The notes beneath the pieces were generated by a model. That model saw only the letters and a list, made by a program, of their open reading frames with translations, was not told where the DNA came from and made no database searches. From Patescibacteria group bacterium (GTDB lineage Bacteria; Patescibacteriota; Gracilibacteria; UBA1369; LOWO2-01-FULL-3): a DNA stretch of 43,213 nucleotides. Below are positions 19,520-29,520 of the stretch, one piece after another (position 1 is the first letter of the stretch; every line of letters starts with the position of its first letter). A program made the position numbers and the translations under genes. The stretch covers positions 1 to 43,213 of the forward strand of contig JAHIRL010000148.1 in the NCBI GenBank assembly GCA_018818755.1. The letters run 5' to 3'.

Positions 19520-21139
19520 TCAGATTTTTTGGCCTTTGGAAGCAGAAATAAAGCCTTGGAAAAGTGGGTGTGGTTTATTTGGTCTGGATTTGAATTCGGG
19601 ATGGAATTGACTGCCGATCATAAATGGATGAAATGAAAGTTCAGCAATCTCTACAAGGTTTTGATCTGGGTTTATTCCTGAAAAAACCATGCCGGCTTTT
19701 TCAAGACTTTCCTTAAATTTATTGTTAAATTCATATCTGTGACGGTGGCGTTCGTTAATTTCTTTTTTGCCGTAGAGTTTTTGAGTTTTTGAATCTTTTT
19801 TAAGTTCACAAGGGTATGAACCTAGGCGTAGTGTACCACCTTTTTCGCCGTCTTTATGTTGGCCTGGTAGAAAGTGAATAATGTGGTTTTCTTTGCCGGA
19901 AACATTGTCTTCATCAAACTCTTCGGAGGTTATTTTAGGGTTTTTTAGTACATGTCTGGCAAATTCTATGGTCATAATTTGCATTCCTAGGCAGAGTCCG
20001 AGGTATGGAACATCGTTTTCACGGCAATATTTTGCAGCTAAAATCTTCCCTTCTGTGCCCCGAATGCCAAATCCGCCGGGAACCACAACTCCATCAATAG
20101 ATTCTAGTTTATTCCAGGTCTCTTTATCTTTTTCTTCTAATTTTTCTGAGGAAATCCAATTTAGTTCCAGTTCGCGGTTTTCGTGGTAGCAAGCTATTTT
20201 TAGTGATTCGATTACGCTAATATATGCATCATCGAGGCCTGTGTATTTACCCACTAATGCTATTTTGATTTTTTCCCGTTTGGTTTTAATTTTTTCTACA
20301 AGTTGCTCCCATTCCTTTAAATCTGGTTTTAGTTTTCCGAGATTTAGTTTTTCGGCAAGTAGTTCGCTAAGATTGTATTTTTGAAATCCAAGTGGAACTT
20401 CGTATATAGATTTCACGGTTGGGGCGGGGAAGACTTCTCTTTCTTCCACATCACAGAAAAGGGCAATTTTTTTGAGATGCTCTTTTTTGATTGGTCGATC
20501 CGCTCTGGCAAAGATGATATCTGGCTGAATACCAATTGAGCGTAGTTCACGAACTGATGCTTGAGTAGGTTTGGTCTTTAATTCTTTTGATGCTTCGAGG
20601 TAGGGGAGCAAAGTTAGGTGAACAAATAATGTGTTCTCTGCTCCGAGTTTGTTTCGTAATTGTCGCAGTGCTTCGAGGAAAGGGAGTCCTTCGATATCTC
20701 CAACTGTTCCTCCAATTTCGCAAAGCATAATATCGCATTCACTTTTTTCTGCGGCTTTTGTTATGCGGTTTTGGATAGCATCAGTAATGTGGGGGATAAT
20801 TTGAATTGTGCGGCCTAAGAATGCACCTTTTCTTTCTTTATCCAAGACTTCCCCGTAAATCTTTCCAGTTGAGACTGAGGATAATTTGCTTAAGTTAGTG
20901 TCGATGAATCTTTCATAATGGCCTAAATCCAAATCGGTTTCACCGCCGTCGTCTGTGACAAAAACTTCTCCGTGTTGAAAAGGGCTCATTGTTCCGGGGT
21001 CGACATTTAGGTAAGGATCAAGTTTTTGGATAAAAACCTTTTGTCCGGATGCTTTAAGAATTGTCCCGATGGATGCCGCAACTATTCCTTTTCCCAAGGA
21101 ACTGCATACTCCACCAGTAACAAAGATGTATTTACACAA
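19520..21139 (-). CDS. pyrG: CTP synthase
   Basis: (M)CKYIFVTGGV..SLGKG, TMSPFQHGEVFVTDDG, GTVGDIE, and glutaminase half GGFGIRG...LGLCLGMQ...HRHRYE. TTG start, TGA stop. Confidence 0.95.
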   Translation of the reverse strand: MCKYIFVTGGVCSSLGKGIVAASIGTILKASGQKVFIQKLDPYLNVDPGTMSPFQHGEVFVTDDGGETDLDLGHYERFIDTNLSKLSSVSTGKIYGEVLDKERKGAFLGRTIQIIPHITDAIQNRITKAAEKSECDIMLCEIGGTVGDIEGLPFLEALRQLRNKLGAENTLFVHLTLLPYLEASKELKTKPTQASVRELRSIGIQPDIIFARADRPIKKEHLKKIALFCDVEEREVFPAPTVKSIYEVPLGFQKYNLSELLAEKLNLGKLKPDLKEWEQLVEKIKTKREKIKIALVGKYTGLDDAYISVIESLKIACYHENRELELNWISSEKLEEKDKETWNKLESIDGVVVPGGFGIRGTEGKILAAKYCRENDVPYLGLCLGMQIMTIEFARHVLKNPKITSEEFDEDNVSGKENHIIHFLPGQHKDGEKGGTLRLGSYPCELKKDSKTQKLYGKKEINERHRHRYEFNNKFKESLEKAGMVFSGINPDQNLVEIAELSFHPFMIGSQFHPEFKSRPNKPHPLFQGFISASKGQKI

Positions 21140-21170
21140 AATGAAAAATTAAAATTTGCCCTTCCCAGAC

Positions 21171-21199
21171 AATTTAGATCAGCTTGAAGAAAAGTTCAA
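21171..21199 (-). promoter_or_regulatory. candidate internal promoter upstream of pyrG: TTGAAC-N17-TAAATT
   Basis: Minus strand reads TTGAAC (21199-21194), a 17-nt spacer, then TAAATT (21176-21171). The -35 lies within a 6-bp inverted repeat CTTGAA/TTCAAG (21183-21200) directly after the trpS stop. Confidence 0.35.
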
Positions 21200-21201
21200 G
21201 A

Positions 21202-22170
21202 TTAAATGTAGCCAATTTTCTTTTTGGCTTCTTCCAGGGTTTTTTCTGCTACTTTTTTGGCTTTTTTTGCTCCTTCGTTTAGGATGTCGTGTACAAAATC
21301 TTTTTTGTTTGAGATTTTCTCGTAGCGTTCTCTGGCTTCGGCAAAATAGCTTAGGATTTTTTGCAACAGTGCGTTTTTTGCTTCACCATAGCCAAAACCT
21401 CCTTTTTGGTATAGATCTTCCATTTCTTTGGTTTCCTTCGGGTCTGCTATTAGCTTGTAAAGGTTGAAAACATTGCAACTCTCGGGGTCTTTGGGGTCTT
21501 CCAATGGTACTGAGCTGGTGACAATACTCATTACTTGTTTTTTGAGTGTTTTTTCGTCAGCGAAAATTTCGATGGTGTTGCCGTAGGATTTGCTCATTTT
21601 CATTCCGTCTGTGCCGGGGACGATGGCTACTTCTTCTTTTATTTCCGCTTCGGGTGTCTTGAATGTTTCGCCAAAGATGTTGTTGAAGTTTTGGGCGATG
21701 TCCCGGGTCATTTCGATGTGTTGTTTTTGGTCTTGTCCTACAGGAACCAGGTCCGGCTGATAGAGCAGGATGTCTGCTGCTTGGAGGATGGGGTAGTTGA
21801 AAAGGCCAACGCTTATATCCTTTTTGCCTTTGTTCTGGGCATCTTTCCAGGCGTGGGCTCTTTCGACAAATGGCATTTTTGTGATGCAGTCGAAAATCCA
21901 GCATAATTCAGCATGTTCGCTTAGGTCGGATTGTTTAAAAAATACTGTGCGAGTGGGATCTAGACCTAAGGCTAGGTAGGAAACTGCCAGGTCGAAAGTT
22001 TGGGAGCGCATATCTTCGGCGTTGCGAACTGTGGTGAGTGCGTGGAGGTCGGCAATAAAAAGAAAGCACTCGAATTTTTCTTGCATTTCTATGTGTTGGC
22101 GCATGGCTCCAAGGTAGTTGCCTAGGTGTGGGCGGCCGCTGGGTTGAATGCCAGAAAGTATTCTTTTCAT
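21202..22170 (-). CDS. trpS: tryptophan--tRNA ligase
   Basis: SGIQPSGRPHLGNYLGA (HIGH-type motif) and KMSKS. The ATG directly abuts the priA stop. Confidence 0.95.
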   Translation of the reverse strand: MKRILSGIQPSGRPHLGNYLGAMRQHIEMQEKFECFLFIADLHALTTVRNAEDMRSQTFDLAVSYLALGLDPTRTVFFKQSDLSEHAELCWIFDCITKMPFVERAHAWKDAQNKGKKDISVGLFNYPILQAADILLYQPDLVPVGQDQKQHIEMTRDIAQNFNNIFGETFKTPEAEIKEEVAIVPGTDGMKMSKSYGNTIEIFADEKTLKKQVMSIVTSSVPLEDPKDPESCNVFNLYKLIADPKETKEMEDLYQKGGFGYGEAKNALLQKILSYFAEARERYEKISNKKDFVHDILNEGAKKAKKVAEKTLEEAKKKIGYI

Positions 22171-24147
22171 TTAAGTTGTGTTTAGAGGATCGATATCTAT
22201 TTTGATTTGTGGGTCCATTATATATTGTTTTGGCAATTTTTCTAATAATTTGTGGATCAGGTCTTTTGAGTTTAGGTCTTTGATGAAGACGATTTGTCGA
22301 TATTTGTTTTTTAGTTTTGTTATGTAAGCGGGATAAGAGTTGATCTCTATGTCTTTTGCTATGTTTTGTTCGCGGGCGATTTTCCAGAGATTAGCTTCCA
22401 GTTCTTTGGTGATTCTAGTGCAGCCGTTGTTGTAGGGATTTTCGATGAGGATTTTTGCGAGTTGGCTGAATGGGGGATAGCGCAGGAGTTTTCTTTGGGT
22501 CAGTTCGTATTTGTAAAAATCTTCGAAGTTGTGGGTGCGGGCGAATTGGAGGGCGATGTTTTCGGGATTGTAGGTTTGGATTAGCACTTTTCCCTGGCCG
22601 GAGTGTCTGCCGGCGCGTCCCGCTACTTGAGTGATGAGTTGGAATGATCTTTCCGAGGTTTTGTAGTCTGGAATGTTTAGTCCGATATCTGCAAGTATTA
22701 CGCCTACAAGGTCTACTTTTGCGATGTCCAGGCCTTTGGCGATCATTTGGGTGCCAACGAGGATATCTGCTTCGTGCTTGCGGAAGGCATCGTAAATGTT
22801 TTTAAAACCGTTTTTTGTTGAAGTTGTGTCTTTGTCTGCTCGAAGTACTCTGGCTTGAGGGAATTCTATTTTTAGGGCTTCTTCAATTTTTTGAGTGCCG
22901 ATGCCGAGTTGTCTAATATTTTGGCTTTTGCAGTTGGGACAGGTGTTGGGGATTTTGCCAAATTTACCACAGTGGTGGCAGATAAGAGTGGGTTGGGAAA
23001 TAGTGCTTTTGTGGTAGGTCATCGGAATTTCGCAATCTGGGCAGATGATTTTGTCTCCACAATCTCTACAGACGATTGCTGATGCTGAGCCCCGACGGTT
23101 TAGGAGCAGGATTGCTTGTTTTTTTTGGGCTAGAATGTTGATTAATTCTTCGCGTAGGCGGTCTGAGAATATGGAAAAATTCTTCTTTTTGAATTCGTCC
23201 CTTAGGTCTATTAGTTCTACTTCCGGAAGTTCGGCTTTTCCGATGCGCTCGTGGAGGAAGATTACTTTCTTTGTGTATTTGGACTCTATGCTAGGAGTTG
23301 CACTTCCGTATATTGCTTTAATTTTTGGATTGTTCTTTTGTATTTGTTCAATGATCTTTTTTGTACAGTATCTTGGGGAGTTGTCTTGTTTGTATGATGA
23401 TTCGTGTTCCTCATCGATAATTATCATTCCCAGGTCTTGGAATGGGGCAAAGATTGCCGAACGGGAGCCTATTATCAGCTTGCTTTTGTTGTTCCAGATG
23501 TTTTCCCAAGCTTTGTAGCGTTCGCCTTCGGATTGCTTGCTGTTTATTACGGTGGCTTTTTGTTGGAGACCGGATTGGAAGTAATTGATTGTCTGTGGAG
23601 TTAGGGCGATTTCCGGGACGAGAATTAGCACTTGCTTATTGTTTTTGATTTGCTCTTTTGTGAGTTGTAGGTAGAGTTCCGTCTTTCCTGATCCTGTAAT
23701 TCCTTGTATTAAAAAATTGTTCTCCTTTGAGTTGCTTATTTCTTGATATGCGGCTTCTTGTTCTTTGTTTAGTTTTTTTGAACTTGTATCAAATTTTTGT
23801 TCTTTATCCTTTGGGAGTCTTTTGAATTCTTTGTTTTCAAAAATTCGCTTGGGAATGAAGAGTTTGAGGATGATGTGGAGGGGACAAAGATAATATTCAC
23901 TCATCCAAGCTATAAGTTTTAGCTGATCTGAGGTGAGTAGGGGTTTGTCTTTGAGTATATGCAGGATGTCCAGGGTTTTGAAATCTGGTTTGTTTTCGGT
24001 GTTGCTCCAGACCAGGCCGCTTTTTAGGCGGTTTCTGAAGGGGACTGTGATTAAACTACCCTCTTTGATGGGGGAGTGGTGTTGGTAGGTGAGAAATTCT
24101 TGTTTGTCTCCGACTTTCTGTTGAAAGAGTACATTTATGTATGCCAT
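22171..24147 (-). CDS. priA: primosomal protein N' (replication restart helicase PriA)
   Basis: GITGSGKTE Walker A, IIDEEH, and Cys-rich insertion CRDCGDKIICPDCEIPMTYH...CHHCG...CPNCKS. Confidence 0.93.
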   Translation of the reverse strand: MAYINVLFQQKVGDKQEFLTYQHHSPIKEGSLITVPFRNRLKSGLVWSNTENKPDFKTLDILHILKDKPLLTSDQLKLIAWMSEYYLCPLHIILKLFIPKRIFENKEFKRLPKDKEQKFDTSSKKLNKEQEAAYQEISNSKENNFLIQGITGSGKTELYLQLTKEQIKNNKQVLILVPEIALTPQTINYFQSGLQQKATVINSKQSEGERYKAWENIWNNKSKLIIGSRSAIFAPFQDLGMIIIDEEHESSYKQDNSPRYCTKKIIEQIQKNNPKIKAIYGSATPSIESKYTKKVIFLHERIGKAELPEVELIDLRDEFKKKNFSIFSDRLREELINILAQKKQAILLLNRRGSASAIVCRDCGDKIICPDCEIPMTYHKSTISQPTLICHHCGKFGKIPNTCPNCKSQNIRQLGIGTQKIEEALKIEFPQARVLRADKDTTSTKNGFKNIYDAFRKHEADILVGTQMIAKGLDIAKVDLVGVILADIGLNIPDYKTSERSFQLITQVAGRAGRHSGQGKVLIQTYNPENIALQFARTHNFEDFYKYELTQRKLLRYPPFSQLAKILIENPYNNGCTRITKELEANLWKIAREQNIAKDIEINSYPAYITKLKNKYRQIVFIKDLNSKDLIHKLLEKLPKQYIMDPQIKIDIDPLNTT

Positions 24148-24177
24148 GCTGGAAAGCTACCCTATTTTTGGCATAAT

Positions 24178-27100
24178 TTAAAGTGCGTTTTTTCTTTCCA
24201 TTCGGTAATAGAGAACCGGAATAACAACTAAAGTGAGTATTGTTGAAAATGCCAGGCCAAAAATTAGGGAAAAGCCTAATCCGGACCAAAATTCATTTGT
24301 AATTGCTAGCGGCAAAATACCTACAATCGTTGTTACGGAAGTCATTATAATCGGCTGTAAGCGGGCGTTGGATGCTTCTGCGATTGCTCGCGCAAATTCC
24401 ATTTTGCTGGCTCTGTTGGAATTAATACGATCAACTAAAACTATGGCATCATTTACAACTACTCCAGCCAGAGCAACTACTCCCAAAAATGCCGGGAAGG
24501 AGAGTTTGAGTCCTACCAGCATAAGTCCGGGGAATACACCGATTAGAGCTAATGGCAGTGTTGCCAGAATAACAAAAGCCTGACGGAATGAGTTGAACAT
24601 CAGGATTAAGGTAAATCCGATTAAAACAACAGCCACTATCATTGATTTAAACAAATCCTGAAAGGACTCGTTTATTTCTTCCATGTCTCCACCAAATTCG
24701 ATGTTGTAGCCTATTGGTAAATTTAAATTTTTAACTTTTTCTTCTATTTGATTGTTGATTGTAACCGCGTCGGCGTCTTTTTCGATATCACTTGTAACTT
24801 TTATTATTCTTTTTTCGTCTTCCCGCTGGATGCTGGAAAGGCTTTCTTCGAAGCTGTATTTGCCCAGTTCGCCAAGTGAAACCATATAGCCTTTAGGTGA
24901 AGCTATCTCGAAGTTTTCAATATCGTGAATTGAAAGATTAATCTTTTCGTTTTCTGTAGGAAGATTATATTTTGTATAGATGTCCAGTTCGTCATCCCCG
25001 AAAGTTATTGTGTCGGTTTTTACACCCTGAATTATGTTTCTTATTGTGCCGGCAACCTGCATTGAAGAAAGTCCGTGGTAGGCGAGGATTTCTTTGTCGA
25101 GGTTGAATACAAATTCGTTTACGCCTGATTTTAGGCTTTGTTGAGTGTTTGTTGTTCCGGGGATATCGTTAATCATTTTTTCGACTTCGTTGGCGATTTC
25201 TTTTAGTGAATCCAGGTCTTTTCCGGTAATTCTGGCTGTAATCGCGGCGTCGCTTGGAGGGCCTTCGCTGATTTGTTCAATTCGGATTTTTGCCTTTGTG
25301 TATGAGCTTAGTTCTTCTTCAAGTTCTTGGGCGATTTCGTAACTTTTCACATCCCGTTCTTCTTTATCTGTGAGGTTTATTGTGATGTTTGCTACATTGG
25401 AATCTGAGGTGGCACCTGCTGATCCGAAGTTGTCGTTTTCGGAAATCCCGCCGGAAGCGGTTGTTCCGATGTTTGTCAGGAAGTTTTCTACTTCCGGCAT
25501 TTTATATACATATTCCTCGATTTCTTCAGCGATTTTTTTTGTTTCTTCCAGGACGGTTCCTTTTGGAGTCTCAATTCTGACTATAAAATAGTTTTGATCG
25601 GTTTGGGCAAACATTTCCACTTTGAGCATCCCGCTAATGGGCAGCATCAGACTTAAGATAAATGCGATGATTGATGCGAAGATTATCATTAATCTGGTTT
25701 TTTTTGTTTCGATAATTCTTTGAATGAGGGGGGCAAATTTTGCGCCAATTTTCTTAAAAATCGGTTCCAGATAGCTACCGTGTTCTTTGTTGGGATCTCT
25801 TTTTACGAATCCAGTTGCCAGTGCAGGAGCGATTGTAAGGGAAATAAAGAGTGATCCGAGTAGGGCGGCGGAAATTGTTAAGGGAAGGGTTTTTAAAAAT
25901 TCTCCAAGGATTCCGCTAACTAGAAGCATGGGGAAAAAGGCGAAAACTGTTGTGAATGTCCCTGCGATCAGCGGCCATTTGTAGGTGTAAACGGAGAGAA
26001 TGGCTGCATCTGTGGGGGAGAGTCCTCTGCTTAGGTTTTCATAAATTCCTTCCATTATCACAATGGTTGTGTCTACCATCAACCCTAAAGCGATTACCAG
26101 AGAGAATAAGGAAAGACTGTTTATTGATAGTCCTTCAATGTCTAAAACTATAAAACTGAACAGGAAGATTATAGGAATTGAGAGTCCGGAAATTAGGCCG
26201 GCTTTGAAACCGAGAGCCAAAAATAGAATAACTATAATTATGATTGTTGTTTGGATTCCGTTTTGAGTTAGCACTCCAAGATCGGATTTTATCCAGACGG
26301 AATTGTCTGTGGTGACGGTTACTTTTGTGTTTTGAGGGATTGAACCTTCTGCCACGAGTTCATCTATTCTTGCTTTGGAATCTTCGGCAATGCCAATAAG
26401 ATCCGCTCCGGCTTTTTTGAAAACCTGTAAAGAAACGGATTGTAGTGATTTTTCACCATCGCTGGAAACTTTGCTGATTATGGTTTTTTCTGGATATACT
26501 TCTCTAATTTCGGCGATATCTTTTAGTAAAATGGTCGTGAATGAATCTTGGTCGGGGATTAGTTGCAGGGGAATATTTTGGATGTCTTTTAGTGATTGGT
26601 ATCGGTCATCCAGGCGTACCGAATAGTTTAATTTGTCGGAACTGATCAGTCCGATGGGAAGGTTGTTATTGCTGTATTTTATTTGATCGGAAATTGTATT
26701 GATGTTGAATCCGTATTTTTCGACTTTCTTCTGATCGAGGGTGATGTCGATTTGTTTTTCCTGGTCTCCTAAAATGGGCACTTTTGAAACTCCGGGAATT
26801 TTTTCCAGCTCGTCTTTTATTCTTTTGGCTTCCTGGCTCAGAATGTAGAGGGGTTTGTCTCCGCTTACGGAGAAAGTGATGATAGGAAAGCTGTTTGCTT
26901 CGGCTTTTGCGACCATTGGGTCTGTTGCGTCGTCCGGTAGGCTTCCTTTCACCATATCGACTTTGTCTTTTACTTCTTGAACTGCTTTGTCTATATCGGT
27001 GCCGGATTCAAATTCTATAAAAATTGAGGAAAAACCGAATCCTGAGGTTGAGGATAGGCTTTTTATATTATCTACATCGGCAATTTCTTTTTCTAGTGGT

Positions 27101-27333
27101 TCTGTGAGTAAGGATTCTGTGTCTGTGGGGCTGGCGCCGGGAAGGACTGCGGATACTCCGGCAAAAGGGATTTCGATTTCCGGTTGTAGTTCTCTTGGCA
27201 GGGTGCCCCAGGCAAGAGAACCAAAAAGAATGATGGTTAGAACCAAAAGCCAGGCTATTGGTCTTCTTTTTATTAAGAAGCTCCAAGCTGAATTTTTTGC
27301 TTCTTCAAGTTGTTCTTTTAGGTAATCAGTCAT
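24178..27333 (-). CDS. RND-family efflux transporter permease (AcrB-like)
   Basis: 1051 aa with the 12-TM, two-large-loop layout. N-terminus ...FLIKRRPIAWLLVL...LPRELQPEIEIP and C-terminal AGVVVNDAIVLVDRIN are typical of AcrB/HAE proteins. Confidence 0.88.
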   Translation of the reverse strand: MTDYLKEQLEEAKNSAWSFLIKRRPIAWLLVLTIILFGSLAWGTLPRELQPEIEIPFAGVSAVLPGASPTDTESLLTEPLEKEIADVDNIKSLSSTSGFGFSSIFIEFESGTDIDKAVQEVKDKVDMVKGSLPDDATDPMVAKAEANSFPIITFSVSGDKPLYILSQEAKRIKDELEKIPGVSKVPILGDQEKQIDITLDQKKVEKYGFNINTISDQIKYSNNNLPIGLISSDKLNYSVRLDDRYQSLKDIQNIPLQLIPDQDSFTTILLKDIAEIREVYPEKTIISKVSSDGEKSLQSVSLQVFKKAGADLIGIAEDSKARIDELVAEGSIPQNTKVTVTTDNSVWIKSDLGVLTQNGIQTTIIIIVILFLALGFKAGLISGLSIPIIFLFSFIVLDIEGLSINSLSLFSLVIALGLMVDTTIVIMEGIYENLSRGLSPTDAAILSVYTYKWPLIAGTFTTVFAFFPMLLVSGILGEFLKTLPLTISAALLGSLFISLTIAPALATGFVKRDPNKEHGSYLEPIFKKIGAKFAPLIQRIIETKKTRLMIIFASIIAFILSLMLPISGMLKVEMFAQTDQNYFIVRIETPKGTVLEETKKIAEEIEEYVYKMPEVENFLTNIGTTASGGISENDNFGSAGATSDSNVANITINLTDKEERDVKSYEIAQELEEELSSYTKAKIRIEQISEGPPSDAAITARITGKDLDSLKEIANEVEKMINDIPGTTNTQQSLKSGVNEFVFNLDKEILAYHGLSSMQVAGTIRNIIQGVKTDTITFGDDELDIYTKYNLPTENEKINLSIHDIENFEIASPKGYMVSLGELGKYSFEESLSSIQREDEKRIIKVTSDIEKDADAVTINNQIEEKVKNLNLPIGYNIEFGGDMEEINESFQDLFKSMIVAVVLIGFTLILMFNSFRQAFVILATLPLALIGVFPGLMLVGLKLSFPAFLGVVALAGVVVNDAIVLVDRINSNRASKMEFARAIAEASNARLQPIIMTSVTTIVGILPLAITNEFWSGLGFSLIFGLAFSTILTLVVIPVLYYRMERKNAL

Positions 27334-27334
27334 T

Positions 27335-28819
27335 TTAATCGTTTACGATTTTGATTTTGTCTCCTTCTTCAAGAAAAGCGGTGGAGGCTTTGATGATTTT
27401 TTCGTTTCCGTTGAGCCCACCTAAAATTTCAATGTAGTCTCCAAAAACTTTCCCGACTTCCACCGTTTTTATGGCGATGCTGTCATTTTCGACGAGGCGG
27501 ACATAGTTTTCTCCTTTTGCAGTGAATATACTATTTAGTGGAATGTATATCGCTGATTTTGTGTCGGGGTTGAAATTAATTTTGATAAATGATCCGGGGA
27601 TAATTTTTTCTGGTTCTTCAACGATTATTTCTAAATCGATCTTTTTCGTCTGACTGTTTGCACTGGGTAGGATTGCGCTTATTTCTCCTTCTACCGTTTT
27701 TCCATCGGCTTCAATAGTCACTGTGTCTCCAATTGCTACAAGTTCTTTTTCATCAAAGTTGATGCCGGTTTTTATTAAGAGTGAATCCTGGCTTTCGATT
27801 GTCATTAAAACTTGTCCGGGTGAAGCCATGTTTCCTTCTTCTGCTGAAATTTCGGTGATTATTCCGGCGATAGGAGCTTTAATATTTCGGTATTGTTGTT
27901 GAAGTTGTGTGGTTTTTGCGCTGGTCTCCGCCTGAAGTAACGCGCTTTCGGATTGAATTTTTTGTAAATCCGCGGAATTGGCTGCTTGATAATATTGTTT
28001 GCGAGCGATTTGATATTGGCTATATGCGTTGTTTATTGCGAAATCCAGTTGATTCAGTTGGGCATCAAAGTTTTCTTCAAGTAGGTCGATGGCGTTTTCG
28101 GCTTGCTCAACTCCGTTGTCTGCGGCGTTTTTTGCCATGCGAAGACTGCTAAGTTGTGATTCTGCCTGATCCAGAGAACTTTCTATTTGACTGTATCCCG
28201 CATCATTAGGGGATAGGCGATAAAGGTCGTTTTCCAGATCGTCAATTGTATCCTGAAGGTCGTTATAGTTATCTTTTGCTGTGCGATAGTTTTCCTCGGC
28301 GTTGTCTAGGGCTAAAAGTGCGTTGTCGTATTGGAGGTCAAAAGTGTTTTCTGCGTTTGTCTTTGTCTGGACTGCGTTTAGATAGGAGTTGTAAGCTGTA
28401 TATACTCCGTCTGAAGCTGTGGATAAGCTGTATTTTATCGAATCCTCTGTGATTGTTTTTGCCTGTTCACTTAGTGAAAGTCCTTCTTTTGCGCTTTGGT
28501 ACTGGATATTGGAGATATCTGTACTCAGTGATTCTCCCAGGCTAACTAAAGTTTGTCCTTTTTCAACTTTGTCTCCCCCTTTCACCTTAATATCGGTTAT
28601 ATTTCCGCTAACTTGAGGCATCACATAACTTGAGCTTTCAGAGTTTGCGATGGCTGTTTTGGTAAAGGTTAATTGCGCTTTTTCTCTGCTTAAATCAAAA
28701 ATTTCCACCTCTTTTGCGGTTTGTTGTACGGATGTTTCTCTGGCTACTTTTTCCTCTCCACATCCGCCAAGTGTAAATGCTAGGAGTAGGGTGGCTATTA
28801 GTAGGGTGTATTTTTTCAT
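27335..28819 (-). CDS. efflux membrane-fusion (HlyD/AcrA-family) lipoprotein
   Basis: Signal peptide with lipobox LGGC. It has a lipoyl-like half (VSGNITDIKVKGGDKVEKGQTLV ... IKAPIAGII), a long Q/A/N-rich coiled-coil hairpin and a beta-barrel C-terminus. There is a 1-nt gap to the RND gene. Confidence 0.85.
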   Translation of the reverse strand: MKKYTLLIATLLLAFTLGGCGEEKVARETSVQQTAKEVEIFDLSREKAQLTFTKTAIANSESSSYVMPQVSGNITDIKVKGGDKVEKGQTLVSLGESLSTDISNIQYQSAKEGLSLSEQAKTITEDSIKYSLSTASDGVYTAYNSYLNAVQTKTNAENTFDLQYDNALLALDNAEENYRTAKDNYNDLQDTIDDLENDLYRLSPNDAGYSQIESSLDQAESQLSSLRMAKNAADNGVEQAENAIDLLEENFDAQLNQLDFAINNAYSQYQIARKQYYQAANSADLQKIQSESALLQAETSAKTTQLQQQYRNIKAPIAGIITEISAEEGNMASPGQVLMTIESQDSLLIKTGINFDEKELVAIGDTVTIEADGKTVEGEISAILPSANSQTKKIDLEIIVEEPEKIIPGSFIKINFNPDTKSAIYIPLNSIFTAKGENYVRLVENDSIAIKTVEVGKVFGDYIEILGGLNGNEKIIKASTAFLEEGDKIKIVND

Positions 28820-28842
28820 TGGTTTTGTTTATATGAAGTTAA

Positions 28843-28871
28843 ATTATAATCAATTTTAGAGCCTGTGTCAA
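28843..28871 (-). promoter_or_regulatory. consensus sigma70 promoter of the MFP-RND string: TTGACA-N17-TATAAT
   Basis: Minus strand reads TTGACA (28871-28866), a 17-nt spacer, then TATAAT (28848-28843), 24 nt upstream of the ATG at 28819. Confidence 0.7.
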
Positions 28872-28879
28872 TATTGATC

Positions 28880-28907
28880 TTGACAATAATGTTTTTTGTG
28901 GTAGTAT
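28880..28907 (+). promoter_or_regulatory. sigma70 promoter of the 196-aa gene: TTGACA-N16-TAGTAT with a TG extension
   Basis: TTGACA at 28880-28885 and TGgTAGTAT ending at 28907, 22 nt upstream of the ATG at 28930. Confidence 0.55.
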
Positions 28908-28929
28908 TGCAGGCTTAATTATTTATGCT

Positions 28930-29520
28930 ATGAATATACAGGATAAAAATATGCTATTGCAAAGGTATGCTTTGGGGCGTGAAGCCGAGCTTATTGAAGC
29001 CTATATTTTGAATGGGCCGACAGCTTTGAAGGTGGCGGAAGGTTTTAGTCCGGAACAGTGGCAGGTTATCTTTGATTATTTGGTTTTTGAGCATAATCTT
29101 TTGTATAAAACTGTTTTGAATAGTGATGATTTTTTTATTGATGAGTATGTGAAAAGTGGAATGGCTCATGTGCGTGAGATTTTGGATGTTGTTGATAATA
29201 AATATAATTTAATTTGGGAGATTTGTAAGGATTATATAATGATTTCACAGGATGGCCTTTATGCTCATGTGTTTGAGCATAGAAATAGATATATGACGGC
29301 TTTTAAGGCTCGAGGTGGGGATTTTGTGAGGAAAGTTTTGGGTATTTGGGATTTGAAATATACCCAAAGTTGGGAAAGGGTGCTTGATATTCTTTTGAAT
29401 GCGGTTTGTGATGGTTTGTTCAGCGAAAGAACTTTTGATAATGGTTTGGAAACTTTCACCAGGATTTGGAGTGGAGTGCGTGAGCATCGGCCTATTTCCA
29501 AGTTTTTAAAGTCTATTTAG
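28930..29520 (+). CDS. hypothetical protein (196 aa, helical, W/F/Y-rich)
   Basis: ORF with its own promoter, divergent from the efflux operon. No motif recognised. Confidence 0.6.
   Translation: MNIQDKNMLLQRYALGREAELIEAYILNGPTALKVAEGFSPEQWQVIFDYLVFEHNLLYKTVLNSDDFFIDEYVKSGMAHVREILDVVDNKYNLIWEICKDYIMISQDGLYAHVFEHRNRYMTAFKARGGDFVRKVLGIWDLKYTQSWERVLDILLNAVCDGLFSERTFDNGLETFTRIWSGVREHRPISKFLKSI

Noticed and set aside
28866-28885. The TGTCAA-N8-TTGACA inverted repeat as a stand-alone operator.
   Set aside because: The two arms are more simply the -35 hexamers of two divergent promoters, each with a correctly spaced -10. Only the inner TCAATATTGA palindrome is kept as a possible operator.
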